Assembly (NCBI RefSeq): GCF_018350175.1
Contig: NC_058368.1
Location: 8,742,001-8,806,000 of the forward strand
From: Felis catus
Lineage: Eukaryota
Direction of reading: 5' to 3'
Length of the DNA stretch: 64,000 bases
Part shown: piece by piece, positions 1 to 13,558 of the stretch
How positions within the stretch are numbered: position 1 is the first letter of the stretch
How the letters are laid out: every line of letters starts with the position of its first letter
The notes under the pieces: generated by a model
What the model saw: only the letters and a program-made list of their open reading frames with translations
The model's database searches: none
Told to the model about the DNA's origin: nothing
Position numbers and translations under genes: made by a program

Positions 1-395
1 CACAACTCAGAGTGTGAAACACTTGTCCAAGGTCATCCGATGGCATCAGGAAATAAACACAAGTTGTGTATGTTTCCAGTGCCTTTTCCGTAATATTATC
101 AGTATCAGATGGGGGCTATCAAAATTCTGTCATCCACAGTGTGTCTATTATAACATCAAGTTTCGTGTTACCACAAAGGTAGCAGTAAGAGAATGGCACC
201 AAGGACTTCTTGCCTCAGGCTAGGTCCTCCTTGAGATGGCCTGGTATAGAGTTCGGGGTGATGCCATGACCACTGGGTTGGCTTCTGTTACTCCTGGCTC
301 GTAGCTCAGCACCCTGATACACAATCTGCAGGTTTTCCTTAAAATTCCAAATAATGCCTTTAAGAGGAGTAGGAGCCTTTTCATAGAAGCTGAAA

Positions 396-397
<2 letters not shown>

Positions 398-438
<41 letters not shown>
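398..438. repeat. (GT)n microsatellite
   Basis: Perfect dinucleotide run. Confidence 0.97.
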
Positions 439-441
<3 letters not shown>

Positions 442-976
442 ACACTCACCTAGCCCTCCCTGAGTGGAGACGTGCGTGTGATTTTCTCCAGAGGCAAAAT
501 TTAAGTCTGTACTTTCTTGGTTCCTTCTTATGATGAACCATCACTTTCTTTGTCAAAAATTCAAGTATACCTTCTTTCAAGCTGACCTACGAGGCATCCA
601 GTGGATTTACTGGACTTGCTCTTCTAAGTTAAAAACATGATGATGATAATTGCTTTCTTCCTTATTCCAGACCAACATATTGTTGCTCTTCCTTGACCAG
701 TTCAGTTACTGGGTTCCTGAGTATCTGTGCTGGGGATAGAATAGTCTGGAGATAGAAAGATGAGTGAGACACAGTTCCTGTCCCAAAAAGGTTCACAGGC
801 TGGTGGTGGAGAAGCACAAAAAAATAGTTGCAGAAACATTGTTAAGTGTTATAATGAACTATTATTATACAGTCTAATGTTGATCATCTTGCTTGGCCTC
901 AGCCCAGCCAACCTCATGGAGAGGTTTATGTTGCAGTGCTAGCTGGTCTAAGGTATGTTCTGTCATAGAATGTCTG

Positions 977-1089
977 GGGGGCTCAGTTGGTTGAGCGTGC
1001 AACTCTTGATTTCAGCTCAGGTCATGATCCTAAGGTCATGGGATTGAGCTCCACATTGAGCCCCACACAGAGTGTGGAACCTGCTTAAG

Positions 1090-1139
<50 letters not shown>

Positions 1140-1190
1140 CCCCTCTGACCCTCTCCCCAGCTCATGCCCCCCCCAAACTAAAATTAAAAA
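977..1190 (+). mobile_element. Older Can-SINE (SINEC)
   Basis: ggctcagttggttgagcgt...ctcaggtcatgatc head, (CT)n, A-rich tail. Confidence 0.9.
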
Positions 1191-2587
1191 GGAAGGAAAA
1201 AGAAAGATATGTTCTTTCCTTTCCCCATCCATCCCATCCATCAAGAGAGTAAGATCAGTGAGGGAGAAGCCATATTTGCTTTGTTGCCCAGCTAGGGTAA
1301 GGAGACCACACACATTGCTTAAAATCCCAGAGAAAATGGAATTGAGATGTCAGGGAAAGGTATGGATTGGGAAAATGAAGCCAAAAGCTCATTTTAAAGA
1401 TGTCAGGACTTTGTCTTCCAAGTTTTATCTAATTCTAACACCTAAGGCTTTCTTGCATTTCAAAGTTATTGCTAAAAGGTGAATTTTATCACTGCACGTT
1501 AGCTTTGCATTTATCCCATGGATTGGAATTTCTAAGTTAAATAAAATCTAGTTTCAGAAATAAAATCAGCTTTCACATTGCCTTGTGTCATCAAAGCTTC
1601 TTCAAAATGAGAAGGTAGGCATGCAGATTACCACTAAATCCCAAATCATTGGATTTCTTGGGACTGTAAGGTGTCTGGGTATGTTAATTACTTAGATAAT
1701 GCCAACCCTTGTTTTTTTTAACCCGTGTTGTTGGGAACATTTCTGAACTGCAATGCTCTGCTTCGTTCCCTTGGCGATTCCAGGCTAATGACGGCAGAGC
1801 TCTTGTATCTTTGGGTCATCTGCTCAATTACTGTCACCCGTAATTGTAGATGCAACACGTTTCCCAACAGAAATACCCTGGGATGCTTGGGCTGTTGCTT
1901 TAACCTAGATTTCATCCTGGTTCATTCATTCAGCAAACATCTAAGTACTTATTTTCAGCCATAGGGTGACTTGGATTCAAGGATAATTAGAAAAGTTCTT
2001 GCTTTTAAGAAGCTTACACTATGGTACACCGAGTTATAAACCAATAAATGGAGTGAGTGCAAGAGATCTATAGTCTTAACAGCTGGATTCTAGTTAATTC
2101 TAGCAGACCAAACATTCAGAGTAAAGTGGATTAAGAAAAAATGACCTGAAAAAGTTTAAATTAAATATGATAGGTTTTTATTATTTATTTAATCACTTTC
2201 CCTTTGTTGTTTATTTAATCATTTTCTAACTTATTTATTATTTAGTTGTTTTCTGACTTCAGAAAAGATCCAAAGGAGCATGCAGTAAAGGGCACAAAAT
2301 AACACAGTTGCAAAGATAAAATTCCAATAAAAACAGGAAAATCCTGATGAAACTAGGCTCAGTTTCCTGGCTCAAGAGCAAAAGAAGAAATACAATCAGA
2401 GTTTGGAAAAAGAGCATGTCGTTTCTTCAGAAGAGAGAAACTTATTTCCTAGCGCACACTTTTAAGATTTAATTCTGTGGATTAAAAAATACATGTTGAA
2501 CAACACAGTGGACAACAACTTTGTTGTAAACCTATCTATTGTGATAATAAAATAATTAGAAAAGAGTTTAAAATTTCAGAATAGGGA

Positions 2588-2793
2588 GGGGCGCCTGGGT
2601 GGCTCAGTGGGTTAAGCGTCCAACTTCGGCTCAGGTCACGATCTCATGGTTGATGGGTTCGAGCTCCATGTCGGGCTCTGTGCTGACAGCTCGGAGCCTG
2701 GAGCCCGCTTCGGATCCTGTGTCTCCCTCTCTCTGCCCCTCCCCTGCTTGCAGTCTCTCTCTCTCAAAAATAAACATTAAAAAAATTTAAAAA
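2588..2793 (+). mobile_element. Felid Can-SINE (SINEC_Fc-like)
   Basis: ggggcgcctgggtggctcag head, CT region, aataaa tail; approximate TSD gaataggga. Confidence 0.95.
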
Positions 2794-2799
2794 AGATTT

Positions 2800-3475
2800 T
2801 GGAATAGGGAAGGCTTTTCTAAACATGATATGAAACCTTGAAATGCTTAAAAACTGATAAAAATAGCTATGTAAAAATTTATAATTTTCCACAATCAAAG
2901 ACATAGAATTAAGGAGATAGACTGAATGAAAATGCTGCAACAAAGCGTTCAATGAAAATAAATAGGAAAGATACAACTTAATTGGAAAAACAGAAGAGAT
3001 GAATGGGTAATTCACACAGAAGTACAAAATAGTCAATGGTCATAAACACAGGAAAAGATGTTCAAATGCACTAATAACTAAATGCATTTAGCTTTTCAAA
3101 TGAGATACCATCTTTTTCATTCAGATTAGAAAAAATTAAAAAGGTTTATCACAGCCGGCATTAGTGAGAACACTGCAAACGAACACTACAGTGTTCGTTA
3201 ACAGGAATATAAATCTGCCCAAGCTTGTAGAGGACAATTGGTCACCTACAAAAATTTAAGCGTATATAATGTGTAATCCAGGGTTTCTCCTTCTGGGAAT
3301 CTCTCTTACAAAAATTCTTGCTTAGACAGCAATGACATCCAAGTACAACTTTTTTGGCAACAATGATTACAATATTAAAAAATTGGAAACAATCTAAATA
3401 TGCATCAATATGGAGATATTTAAATAAGCTATGATACATCTATTCACTAGACTGCTGTTTAGTCTTTCAAAAAGG
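2800..3475 (+). mobile_element. Old L1 (L1M-type) 3' fragment
   Basis: A-rich sequence with L1 3'-end motifs (aaaagatgttcaa..., aaaaattggaaacaatctaaatatgcatcaat). Confidence 0.6.
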
Positions 3476-3480
3476 ATGAT

Positions 3481-3642
3481 GGGGGCACCTGGGTGGCTCA
3501 GTCAGTTAAGCATCTGACTTCGGCTCAGGTCATGATCTCGCAGTTCGTGGGTTCGAGCCCCACGTCGGGCTGTGTGCTGACAGCTCGGAGCCTGGAGCCT
3601 GCTTCCGATTCTGTGTCTGTCTCTCTCTCTGCCCCTCCCCTG

Positions 3643-3701
<59 letters not shown>

Positions 3702-3742
3702 TCTCTCTCTCAAGAATAAGTAAATATTAAAAATTTTTTTTT
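3481..3742 (+). mobile_element. Felid Can-SINE with internal (CA)n
   Basis: Typical head and body; (CA)n at about 3651-3699 inside the CT region. Confidence 0.95.
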
Positions 3743-4551
3743 TAATAATGATCATTACCTCATAGATCTCGGTGTGGCAACAACAGAAAGTTCTAGTGTT
3801 TAGTGCTAAACAAACACTAGTTAGTTAAAAGATATATACTGAACATCCTGTCCATGGCTATTGCCAAGAATTTTAGAAGCTTAGCCTTGGTCTTTCAATA
3901 GTCCTTTTTCTCAAAATTTTCATGAAAAGTTTTTCTGCTGTTCATGTCAAATACAAAATCTCAATGGTGCCTTGATCCCTGTAATTCTACGTGAATTTCG
4001 GCTTTACCCGTTGTCTCTTCATACTTGTTTGCAGTTGTTGTAGCCAATAGGAAAATATTTTCAGTTGAAAATATTGATCTGAAGATAGATTACTTCTGGG
4101 TCAATATGCCCTCTGATTCTGTCATGTTGACGTGATGGATTATAGAAAATACAATTACTTTATTCACCCTATGTTATGGAAGGATTTCCTACGGTTATAT
4201 AGAAAATGAACAGTTGGTAACTTGTCAGAGGGAAAAAAAAAACCCTCTGGGAATAGTAAGGCTGTCACTCCACTTGTATTGTAAAAATTGTTTGACTAAT
4301 TTAAAAGGAGATTCTTATTTCTGAATTAAATTCCACAAATGTCGGTATTTCTGAGCATAGTGTAATTTGAAAGTACAAGTATCTGGTCAACATTATTAAA
4401 GCGTGTCTACCGAGCCCTTCGGCATGTACAATCAGTTGCTGAAACAGATACTCCCACCTTCCCTCCGGTCCGGCCAAACACCATCGCCCCTTTCTGAGCA
4501 CACCTTAAATGAAGAAAGTTGAGGAAGAGCTTGCTGAAATAAAATATTCTG

Positions 4552-4771
4552 GGGGCGCCTGGGTGGCGCAGTCGGTTGAGCGTCCGACTTCAGCCAGGTC
4601 ACGATCTCACGGTCCGTGAGTTCGAGCCCCGCGTCGGGCTCTGGGCTGATGGCTCGGAGCCTGGAGCCTGTTTCCGATTCTGTGTCTCCCTCTCTCTCTG
4701 CCCCTCCCCCGTTCATGCTCTGTCTCTCTCTGTCCCAAAAATAAATTAAAAAAAAAAAAAAAAAAAAACGT
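4552..4771 (+). mobile_element. Young felid Can-SINE
   Basis: CpG-intact body; 17-bp TSD tgaaataaaatattctg at 4535-4551 and 4772-4788. Confidence 0.97.
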
Positions 4772-6363
4772 TGAAATAAAATATTCTGCTTCCGGAAAAG
4801 ACAGGGCAGGTAAAAGGATTGCTTTAAGTGCTATTGGAATCTTGGCTCTAGATGATTTGGGGGGTTGTTGTTACTGTAGCCTGTAATATATGCCCTGTTA
4901 ACCTAAATAGCTCCAAGATCGTGTTGTTTTCTAATCACAAGAGTCATGGCATCCCACACTGTGGACTCACGTGTGTTCACAAACCTCCGGGAGTGGCACC
5001 TGAAGGAGGCAAGTTGGAAGCAATCAGGCTACGCTGGGCTCTTCAGTATGGAAGGTGTTATTGCTTTGTGTCGACTGCGTTCTCCCTGAGGCCGAGTCTC
5101 CGTTGCAATCCCTTATTTGTCACCGTGAAGCCAACAGGGGAACCAGCAATAGGTGGGGGACAGGGGAGCCGATAGTAGAGTAGAAGCATTTAGAAAGAAT
5201 CTCTGTTGGAAAAAGATAAAAGCAATAAATTGGAGACCATTCCTTTGCGTGAGGTCACGGAGACAGGGAAATAGCATGGGGATGATGTATGGAATGTCTG
5301 GAAGGAGGATCTGTCCACTTCATCATTCTAAAAGTCGTGTTCCTGGGTGTCCCGGAAGGCCTGTTTGCTGTTCTTTCTGGCCACCAGTGGGGAGGTTCCT
5401 AGCGCCTCCCAGCAGCCAGGAAGTGCTGTGATTCACCAGCTGTGACACCAGAGTCAACCCTTAGTCGTCCTGGGGAGTGAGGACGGGTGGAATTTGATTG
5501 CGTGAGCATCAGCTCTTTCAACAAATGTTGACTGAGCCCCTTCTTTGAGTTGAGCCCTGTGCTGGGTAGTTGGGGAAATCGTGATGTATGAGACAGACAG
5601 TTTTTGCCCCTGTGGATCTGAGGGTATAACAGGAGAGAAAAACATAGAATCTGTACTTATCAGTACATGATTAATTATTTAATTACAGTCATGCTAAGTG
5701 CTGTGAAAGGGAAATGAGTATACAATGAAGGTATATTACACAGACATAATGTAGTGTGCAGAAAACACACAGGCCCAGATCTAAATGATCAGTAGAAGTT
5801 GCCAGACTGCAATGGTGGGGAACAGCGTTCCAGGCATGTGAACCATGGGAACTTCCTCTTTGTAAATATTAGAGGTTCCCAAGTCTCCCTCCCCGTAAAA
5901 TCTTGGATCGGGGCTGCTAACCATTAGATCTGAAATTGAAAATACGTACACCCTACTTTTCCCTTCCAACCTTTTTATGGAGGGACTTGCTAGCTGTGAA
6001 ATAGTCAAAAGACAGCATATGCGAAAAAGAAATTGCATAGAAAATCTGTAGCTGCTTCATCAGTTTCTGATGTTATTGGTGAGCCCACCTTGACTTTAAT
6101 GATTACATAAAAGTTGTCCCTTCAGGAGCTCGTGGGGAGTTTGATTTTTTGTGTTGTTGTTTTTTAGGACACTTAAACTCTTGAGTTTTAAGTTTTAAAC
6201 CCTTAATAAGTTTTAAACTCTTAATAATCTCATCCTCTATTTCCGGTTTTGTGGTGTGCTCTTTAACAATTATAATTAAATGCCCCAGAATGATCTAAGT
6301 AAGGGAAAAGATACATTTCTCTTTCTCTGCTATGTCTCAAATTCTTTCATTAAAACAACAAGA

Positions 6364-6465
6364 GGGGCACCTGGGTGGCTCAATCGAGCATCTGACTTCG
6401 GCTCATGGTTCATGAGTTCGAGCCCCACATTAGGCCCTGCACTGACAGTTCAGAGCCTGTTTAGG

Positions 6466-6507
<42 letters not shown>

Positions 6508-6570
6508 CCTGCCCCACTTGCTCTCACTCACTCTCTCTCTCTCAAAATAAATAAATAAAAGCTTAAAAAA
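6364..6570 (+). mobile_element. Can-SINE (internally deleted)
   Basis: ggggcacctgggtggctc head, (CT)n, aaataaataaa tail. Confidence 0.92.
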
Positions 6571-6819
6571 TATTTTGGGTGATTTGAGAAGCGTTCTGGG
6601 ACAACCCATAGTACCAGAGGAGAATTTATAAAATGCAGTGACTCACCTTGCTATTCAGCGACCCGCAGGGTGTGAAACCTTTTGTTTTGTGGCAACTCCT
6701 CAAAAGTAAGGCACAAAAACCCAACTTCCGTTTAAGAGTATATCCACGGATCTGAAAGGTGACACACCTGGTATTTTGCCCACTCCGTTTGTCAGCCTCG
6801 AGGAGCTATGGGAGCCGGC

Positions 6820-7360
6820 CCAGCCATAATTAATGCAAATGGTCTTTAGAGCTGTGTTTTCCATTGTGATTTCTGACATTTATGTGTTTCAGCACTCTGC
6901 CTACTGTGCCGTAAATGCATTGTTATGCAAATTGCTATCGTGATGTAGCGCGGTCTCTTAGCATGATGAACATGGAACTTTTAATTACATGTCAGCGTTT
7001 AAAACTTTTCATTTCCTTCCAGATTCACATATCCTACTAGCTCACTTACACTGATGAAACGCCTGCTCCTAATTACGGTCTTCGTGGGGACCGTCTAAAA
7101 TGCAAATATAAGAAAGAGACAAATGCCGGTGATCCATTTTCTATGAAGAAGAGTAGCACATTTCTTGGACATTGCAGAGCCTTCCTGTCTTTCATTTTTC
7201 ATCCCTTCATCAGCATATTTGTGTTGAGAACGACTCAACACTGCCCCGTGTTACTAATTGGTAATCAGCCCCCCAGCCTAGCCGACAAGAGTCCACATCC
7301 CTCCCTCCCGCTCTTCCCCACAGTTGGCAGCCGCACTTCACCGTCGGAATGCAAATCTAG
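6820..7360. promoter_or_regulatory. Candidate POU/SOX/homeodomain enhancer
   Basis: ATGCAAAT at 6833, 6925, 7100 and 7349; composite CATTGTTATGCAAAT at 6918-6932; CATTGTG at 6862; TAATTA at 6827, 6982 and 7070. Confidence 0.5.
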
Positions 7361-8073
7361 TCCTGTTCCGCCCCCGCTTGGGACGTCTTAGTGGCTTCTC
7401 CTTAACCACAGGCACAGACCCCATGTAACTGTAACACGAGGTGAGTCCAGGCAGGGACAACACCAGGTGGAGCTGTCGCACAAAGTAAACTTTATCTGCC
7501 ACAAGTCCTAATAACACTTATTGAGTCCTTACTGTATGCTCAGCCATACCCCTCATCGCCTTGCTTTGTCGCTCGTAACTCTTCTTAACCCCCTTTTATC
7601 GAGGAGGAAGCTGGATTCGAGAAAGCAAATAATTAGCCCCAGGTAACAGAACCAGATGTCGGGGTTGGACTCAAGCCTGGGTAACTGACTGCAGAGCTCC
7701 CATGTGCACCCAGGGCCCGTCTCGTAGCCCTGGCCCCGGGTGGTCCTGACGGCGATGGCCCTCCTCACCCAGCGGCTGTGGCCAGTGTCACGCAGCAGAG
7801 GACCAGCCTGCTCCGGCTGCCAGCATGGGCACTTTTGTGTCCGTGACCTGGGAAAAATGACAAGTTATCAGACCTGTATTTAAATTTTTTTTTTAAATGG
7901 ATCCTTTAAAAAAAAAAAAATGGCGACACCTGTTTAGGTTTTAAAAAACAAAAGTCACCTTGGACATCTTTCTGTCTCCACGTGATTTTTATTCCAGTGA
8001 ATGGAGCGACTTGATGAGTAAGCTGCATTGAATTTCTGTCACGTAGAATTCGGATGGCAGAGGAAATAGCTTT

Positions 8074-8289
8074 TTTTTTTAATTTTTTTTAACGTTTATT
8101 TATTTTTGAGACAGAGACAGAGCATGAACGGGGGAGGGTCAGAGAGAGAGGGAGACACAGAATCTGAAACAGGCTCCAGGCTCTGAGCAGTCAGCACAGA
8201 GCCCGACGCGGGGCTCGAACTCACAGACCGTGAGATCATGACCTGAACCGAAGTCGGACGCTTAACCGACGGAGCCACCCAGGCGCCCC
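8074..8289 (-). mobile_element. Felid Can-SINE
   Basis: Reverse-complement SINEC; TSD aaatagcttt at 8064 and 8292. Confidence 0.96.
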
Positions 8290-8309
8290 GCAAATAGCTT
8301 TGAAGTTAC

Positions 8310-8740
8310 GTGCAGATTCCAGTTGTGGTCACCCCGCTAATGGCTCTGTGACCCTGATCTGATTACTTAACCTTCCTGACCTCGGATGTCTCATTGGAAA
8401 AAGGACAATATAACAACCTTGTTCAGTGATGATTTCATACACTAGTACAGTGCTTATAATCTATAGGTTCTAAACAAGTATTTATAATGAGTTAATACCG
8501 CTAATAAGTACCATTTTTTGCAGGCTTGATAAGTGCCTGGCATTGTGCAAAGCACTTTTAGAATATTCTGTTGTACCCTCACAGCAGCCTGTGGGGTAGC
8601 TACTGTTACTCTTTTCCATTTTACACCTGAGGAAACGGAGCTCAGAGAGTTTAAGTAACCTGCGTGAAGTCATACAACGAAGCAAACAATAGAGTTGAAT
8701 GTCTGGACCCCAGACAGATAAGCCCATATATGCTAAGCAA
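8310..8740. mobile_element. MIR fragments
   Basis: MIR core motifs (ccattttacacctgaggaaacggagctcagagagtttaagtaacctg; tacttaaccttcctgacctc). Confidence 0.75.
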
Positions 8741-9171
8741 CCTCCCCATAGGTCTTGTACCTAACTTCAAAAGAAAAGAGTTAAAAAAATCTGACCTTCT
8801 CTACTGTTGGTGAAGATACAGAGCATGACAAATTGCCACAGTCCTGCCAGGAGACAGGGAAATGGACCCAGCCTCTTTGGAAAACAGTGTGACATTGTCT
8901 TACAATGTTTGCACCTGCCTTAAGTTAGGACTTCTGCATGTACGTGTATGAGAAATGCATACACACGTGTATCAGGAGACACATACAAGTACGTTCGAAA
9001 CAGCATTGCTAAAAGTTCCTCAAGCTTCCGTCGGAACAGCTATGCTGTGATATATACACACCACGGATCCCTATTTGGCAATGACCGTGGACTAGGGCTG
9101 CATGAATGTTACAGTGTTTAGTAAAAATTGCAAGACACAGCATAATGACTGATTACACAGTTAATAAAGAA

Positions 9172-9293
9172 GGGCGCCTGGGTGGCTCAGTCAGTTAAGC
9201 GTCTGACTCTTGATTTTGGCTCAGGTCATGATCTCACAGTCTTGATATTGAGCCCCACATCTGGCTCCGTGATGGGCATGAAGCCTGCTTAAG

Positions 9294-9329
<36 letters not shown>

Positions 9330-9380
9330 TCTCTCTCCCCCCATCTGCCCCTCCCCCTTTCAAAAGTAAAAATAAAGTTT
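9172..9380 (+). mobile_element. Older Can-SINE
   Basis: gggcgcctgggtggctcagtcagttaagcgtctgactcttgat head, (CT)n. Confidence 0.92.
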
Positions 9381-9667
9381 ATAAATAGACTTAAGGATAT
9401 TGCTTAAGGGTGCATGTGGAATAGCAAGGAAAAGCAAGGAATAATGGCTAAAGCATGACAGTGGCTTTCCCGAGTGGGAAGGAGGAAGCTTGAGACATGA
9501 TAAGCTCTGGGTGCCAGTGATGTTTGAATGTTCTTGTTCTTGACCTGAGTAACAACTTCGTGAGTGTTGGCTTTCAATTACTTGTACAACTGTGCAACTA
9601 AGTTTTAAGCAGTATTTTTCACAACAAAAGGTGTTTAAAACTGCATTATAGTATTTTGTTAAGAAAA

Positions 9668-9701
<34 letters not shown>

Positions 9702-11748
9702 CATGGTCTGAAGTAATGCATTTCAGTGGGTTCATAGTGGTTATTCCTAGGTAAGGAAATGGCAAAAATGAAGAAAACACGTATTTTCTCATTTTTCTAC
9801 AATGGACATGTGTCGTTTTATGAAAAAGGAAATGACTTACTTAAATATTTATTTGCATGTCATGACTGGGTCTTGATCTGTCACCTTATGAGCCAGCCAA
9901 CTTAAACTGTATGCAATGGCCCATAACAGTTTTACCTCCTGTTTACTTTTCTGTTTTTTTCAGTAGTCATCATTCCATTCATTGGCAACCTCGATCTCAT
10001 TTATGGTTTCCCATTTATAAAAAAAAAAGAAAAGTAGCACATTAAGTATTTAACTGAACAGTGGTATTTTTTAGCCTTACATTGGGTTTTTCAGGGGAAT
10101 TCAGAAATGCTGAAGGGAAACAATAAGAATATTCACCTTGCTAGTGAAGGGCCAGAGACGAGGTAGGCTGGACCCAAGAAGCAAACAAACCCTCTGGTGT
10201 CATATTCCACCCTGCTGGTCCTGCGTGGGCTGGCCCTGTACCCCTTGAACCTTTGCACATGATCCCCCGCCCGACTGTACCCTTCTCTTCTTGCCGATTC
10301 TTCTGCATACTTCACATCTTAGCTCAAGAGTAACCTTCTTGGGAGAAGCCCTACCTCGTTCCTTCTTGAAGCTCCCAGAGAGCAATCTTTCCTCAGGCCC
10401 CCAGCTGCCACTTGCTAGGCTATCTTGTCATTACTTATTTACATGTCCCGCTAATTGGTGGATTTCAGAAGGAGGATTTTGTCTTTTCACCTTGAAATCG
10501 GCACTAGCTGATATCATGCAAAGTACAGCGGAGCCACCCAGTAAATATATGATGCAGGAAGGAAGGAAGGAATGCAGAGGACCTTTTAAGGAACGAATAG
10601 TTCAGAACATGAGGAAGGGCTGACACAGCCTGTGGAGTAAAACTGCAGAATACTAACGTGAGGGCGCTTGTTGAATACTAAATAGACCGAGCTAGGGATT
10701 TTTATTTATATGTGGAAAACGTTAGCGCTTAAGAGCACAATTTTGTTGTTATCTCGAATTAATGTGAAAGCAAATCGTTGGGTCGAATGAGACCAACAAT
10801 CCAGGCCATTCCTTTCATTTAGGCTCACCTAACTAAAACTGCCACGATAAATAAAACCCTTATGTCTGTTTGTATGATTTCAAAAATATAAAGTATTTTT
10901 CCCACCACCGCTTACGTATCCACATTTTCTCAGCACCTAATAGATCATGCGGTGTCTCGATTCCCCTGGAGAGCTGCTTGTTTTCTTCCCACAAATCCAT
11001 CACCTTCAGAGCCTTACTCATTTTGTTTCTAACAGTGTGTAAAGTGATCTCTCATTACTCACTCAGGGCTTGCCTGTTTATTATGTAGGGAGAGAGAGGT
11101 GTTGGAGAACAAATAAGAAGGAGACAATAAGGAGAGGTTTCAAAATGTCAGGAATTCATCTAATCTCAAGGCTGATTTCATTTCCCACAGAGGAAGAACA
11201 TAATTAGTAAGAACAACTAACTCATTTGCTCACAAATGTTTACTGAGTGGGCAATTCTCCTATAATGCATTGTCTAGTGGGAAATATAAACAGGTAGAAG
11301 GTCTATAGTATAATAAAGTTGTAGCCACAGAGCATGATAGCAGCATCTAGAAACCTCTAGGTTGAGATCTAAAGGATAAGTTGGAGCCGAGCTATCTGGA
11401 GACAAGAGAATGAAGGAAGCTGCTTCAGAATTCCACAAGAGAAGTGACACTAGTCTGAATTAAGTCGCGGTAACTATGAGAAGGGAGGTGGACTAAATTT
11501 AAGAGAGCTACATGATTATGTTTCACAGGATTTGGTGTTTTATTACATGTGAAGAAGTGAGAAAGAGGGAGGGGACAAGGATGAAATCAACATTTCTGGT
11601 TTAGGCAAAAACATTTACTGAGAGAAGGCAGGACTGGAAAGAAGTTTTGTTGGGTGACAAGGAGTTTGATTTTGGCTATATTGAGTGTCATGTGCATGGG
11701 AGATATCCAAAAAAAGACATTTATATATAGAATATATATGGAGTACAA

Positions 11749-11749
<1 letters not shown>

Positions 11750-11791
<42 letters not shown>

Positions 11792-11800
11792 TATACATAT

Positions 11801-11848
<48 letters not shown>
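11750..11848. repeat. (TA)n(CA)n compound microsatellite
   Basis: Directly visible. Confidence 0.95.
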
Positions 11849-11850
<2 letters not shown>

Positions 11851-12385
11851 GGAGGACAAATAGTAGGAGTTCCATAAAAAGGAAACAAAGAAGTCAGAGG
11901 GGAGGGAATTCACAAAGTAATACTTCAAGAAATTTCCTAGAACTCATAGGATGACAATTTGCAGACTAAAAGAACCTACCAAGTGCCCAGTACAATTAAG
12001 GCAAAACGACCCACACCAGGATCCATTGTATGAAATTGCACTGGGAAAAAGAAGAGGCACCAAGACCCTCCCAAGAGAACAAACAGATCACATACAAAAG
12101 GTTGGAACTAGAAAGGCATCCAACTCCTCAGTAACAACCCTGCAAGCTGAAGAAGAAATGCATTCACAGTTCTGGGGAAGATGATTATCACATTAGAATT
12201 CTGGATTAAGCCAGTCATTTGTATGAAGAAATCTTTAGCCATGAATGATGTAATTTACCTCCTATGTACACTTCTCTGGAATCGAAAACAAAATGTGCTT
12301 TACCAGAATAAGGAAGCAGACCAAGAAAAAGGAAGACATGAGGTCCAGAAAAAAAGGGACCCAATATAGGAAAGAGGCAAAGGAA

Positions 12386-12624
12386 GCGTGCCTGGGTGGC
12401 TCAGTTGGTTAAGCGTCCAACTTCGACTCAGGTCATAATCTCGCAGTTTGCAAGTTTGAGCCCCACATCAGGCTCTGTGCTGACAGCCTAAGACCTGGGG
12501 CCTGCTTCAGATTCTGTGTCTCCCTCTCTCTCTGCCCCTCCCCTACTCACACTTCTGTTTCTCTCTCTCTCTCTTTCTCTCTCTTCTCTCTCTCTCAAAA
12601 ATAAATAAACATTAAAAAAAGATT
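12386..12624 (+). mobile_element. Felid Can-SINE
   Basis: 19-bp TSD taggaaagaggcaaaggaa at 12367-12385 and 12625-12643. Confidence 0.96.
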
Positions 12625-13089
12625 TAGGAAAGAGGCAAAGGAATTTCCAGAATTATGACCAAAGGGAGGTTTTAGGATGACAGTCCTGCAATAATCATAG
12701 AAATTACCAGCTAAAACAAAATGGGGAATTGAGGGCTCCAGGAAAATAAAATGAAACTTTTTACATAATTGTGAGAAGAGACTCATGCTCTGATAGAGAG
12801 TTTTGGTGGAGAATTAGCAAAATATATATGGAAATCTAAGTAAACAAAAACCAAGGCAGCTGTTAAATCCAGGAAAAACAAAAAGTCATACAAGTAAGAA
12901 AATCGCTCAGTTGTGAATAATATTTATGTAATTGTAACAAGATGAACAGTAAATTTTGACTTAACCAAAAATTATGGTACAACTGTATTGATGAGGGAGG
13001 TAGTCTAGAAGCAAACCTATAAATATCAAAATTATTATTTTCTGTAATAGGAAGATATTACAATATTGTCTCAAATGTAAATATCAAGA

Positions 13090-13226
13090 AATGCCTGGCT
13101 GGCTCAGTAGGTAGAGCATGCAACTCTTGATCTCCGGGCTGTGAGTTTGAGCACCACATTGGGTGTAGAGATTACTGAAAAATAAAATCTTTTCAAAAAT
13201 AAATAATAATTAATTAATTAAAAAAA
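13090..13226 (+). mobile_element. Short tRNA(Lys)-like old carnivore SINE
   Basis: gcctggctggctcagtaggtagagcatgcaactcttgatctc...gagtttgagcaccacattgggtg plus A-rich tail, no CT region. Confidence 0.85.
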
Positions 13227-13347
13227 GAAATAGCAGTATAAACCTTTACTTAGGTATATGGAGATAACTACTAGCAAAAATAGCTGAAAAATTGAAAGTA
13301 ACGAATATGAATTGGGCATATGGAGAGTGGGATACTGAGGGCTTTTT

Positions 13348-13558
13348 TTTTTTTCCAACGTTTATTTATTTTTGGGACAGAGAGAGACAGAGCATGAACG
13401 GGGGAGGGGCAGAGAGAGAGGGAGACACAGAATCGGAAATAGGCTCCAGGCTCTGAGCCATCAGCCCAGAGCCCGACGCGGGGCTCGAACTCACAGACCG
13501 CGAGATCGTGACCTGGCTGAAGTCGGACGCTTAACCGACTGCGCCACCCAGGCGCCCC
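13348..13558 (-). mobile_element. Young felid Can-SINE
   Basis: TSD actgagggcttttt at 13334 and 13560; CpG-intact. Confidence 0.97.

Larger units (their letters stand above)
11850..13340 (+). mobile_element. Ancient L1 fragments (ORF1/inter-ORF-like), interrupted by SINEs
   Basis: aagaaatttcctagaact...aaaagaacc...gcattcacagttctgggga motifs typical of degenerate L1M ORF1. Confidence 0.6.

Noticed and set aside
7700..7860. GC-rich patch considered as the preceding MTUS2 exon
   Set aside because: No frame matching the expected upstream MTUS2 peptide and no convincing splice sites.
13090..13170. tRNA-Lys-like sequence (also 16761-16840)
   Set aside because: Degenerate stems with an A-rich tail indicate a SINE, not a functional tRNA gene.
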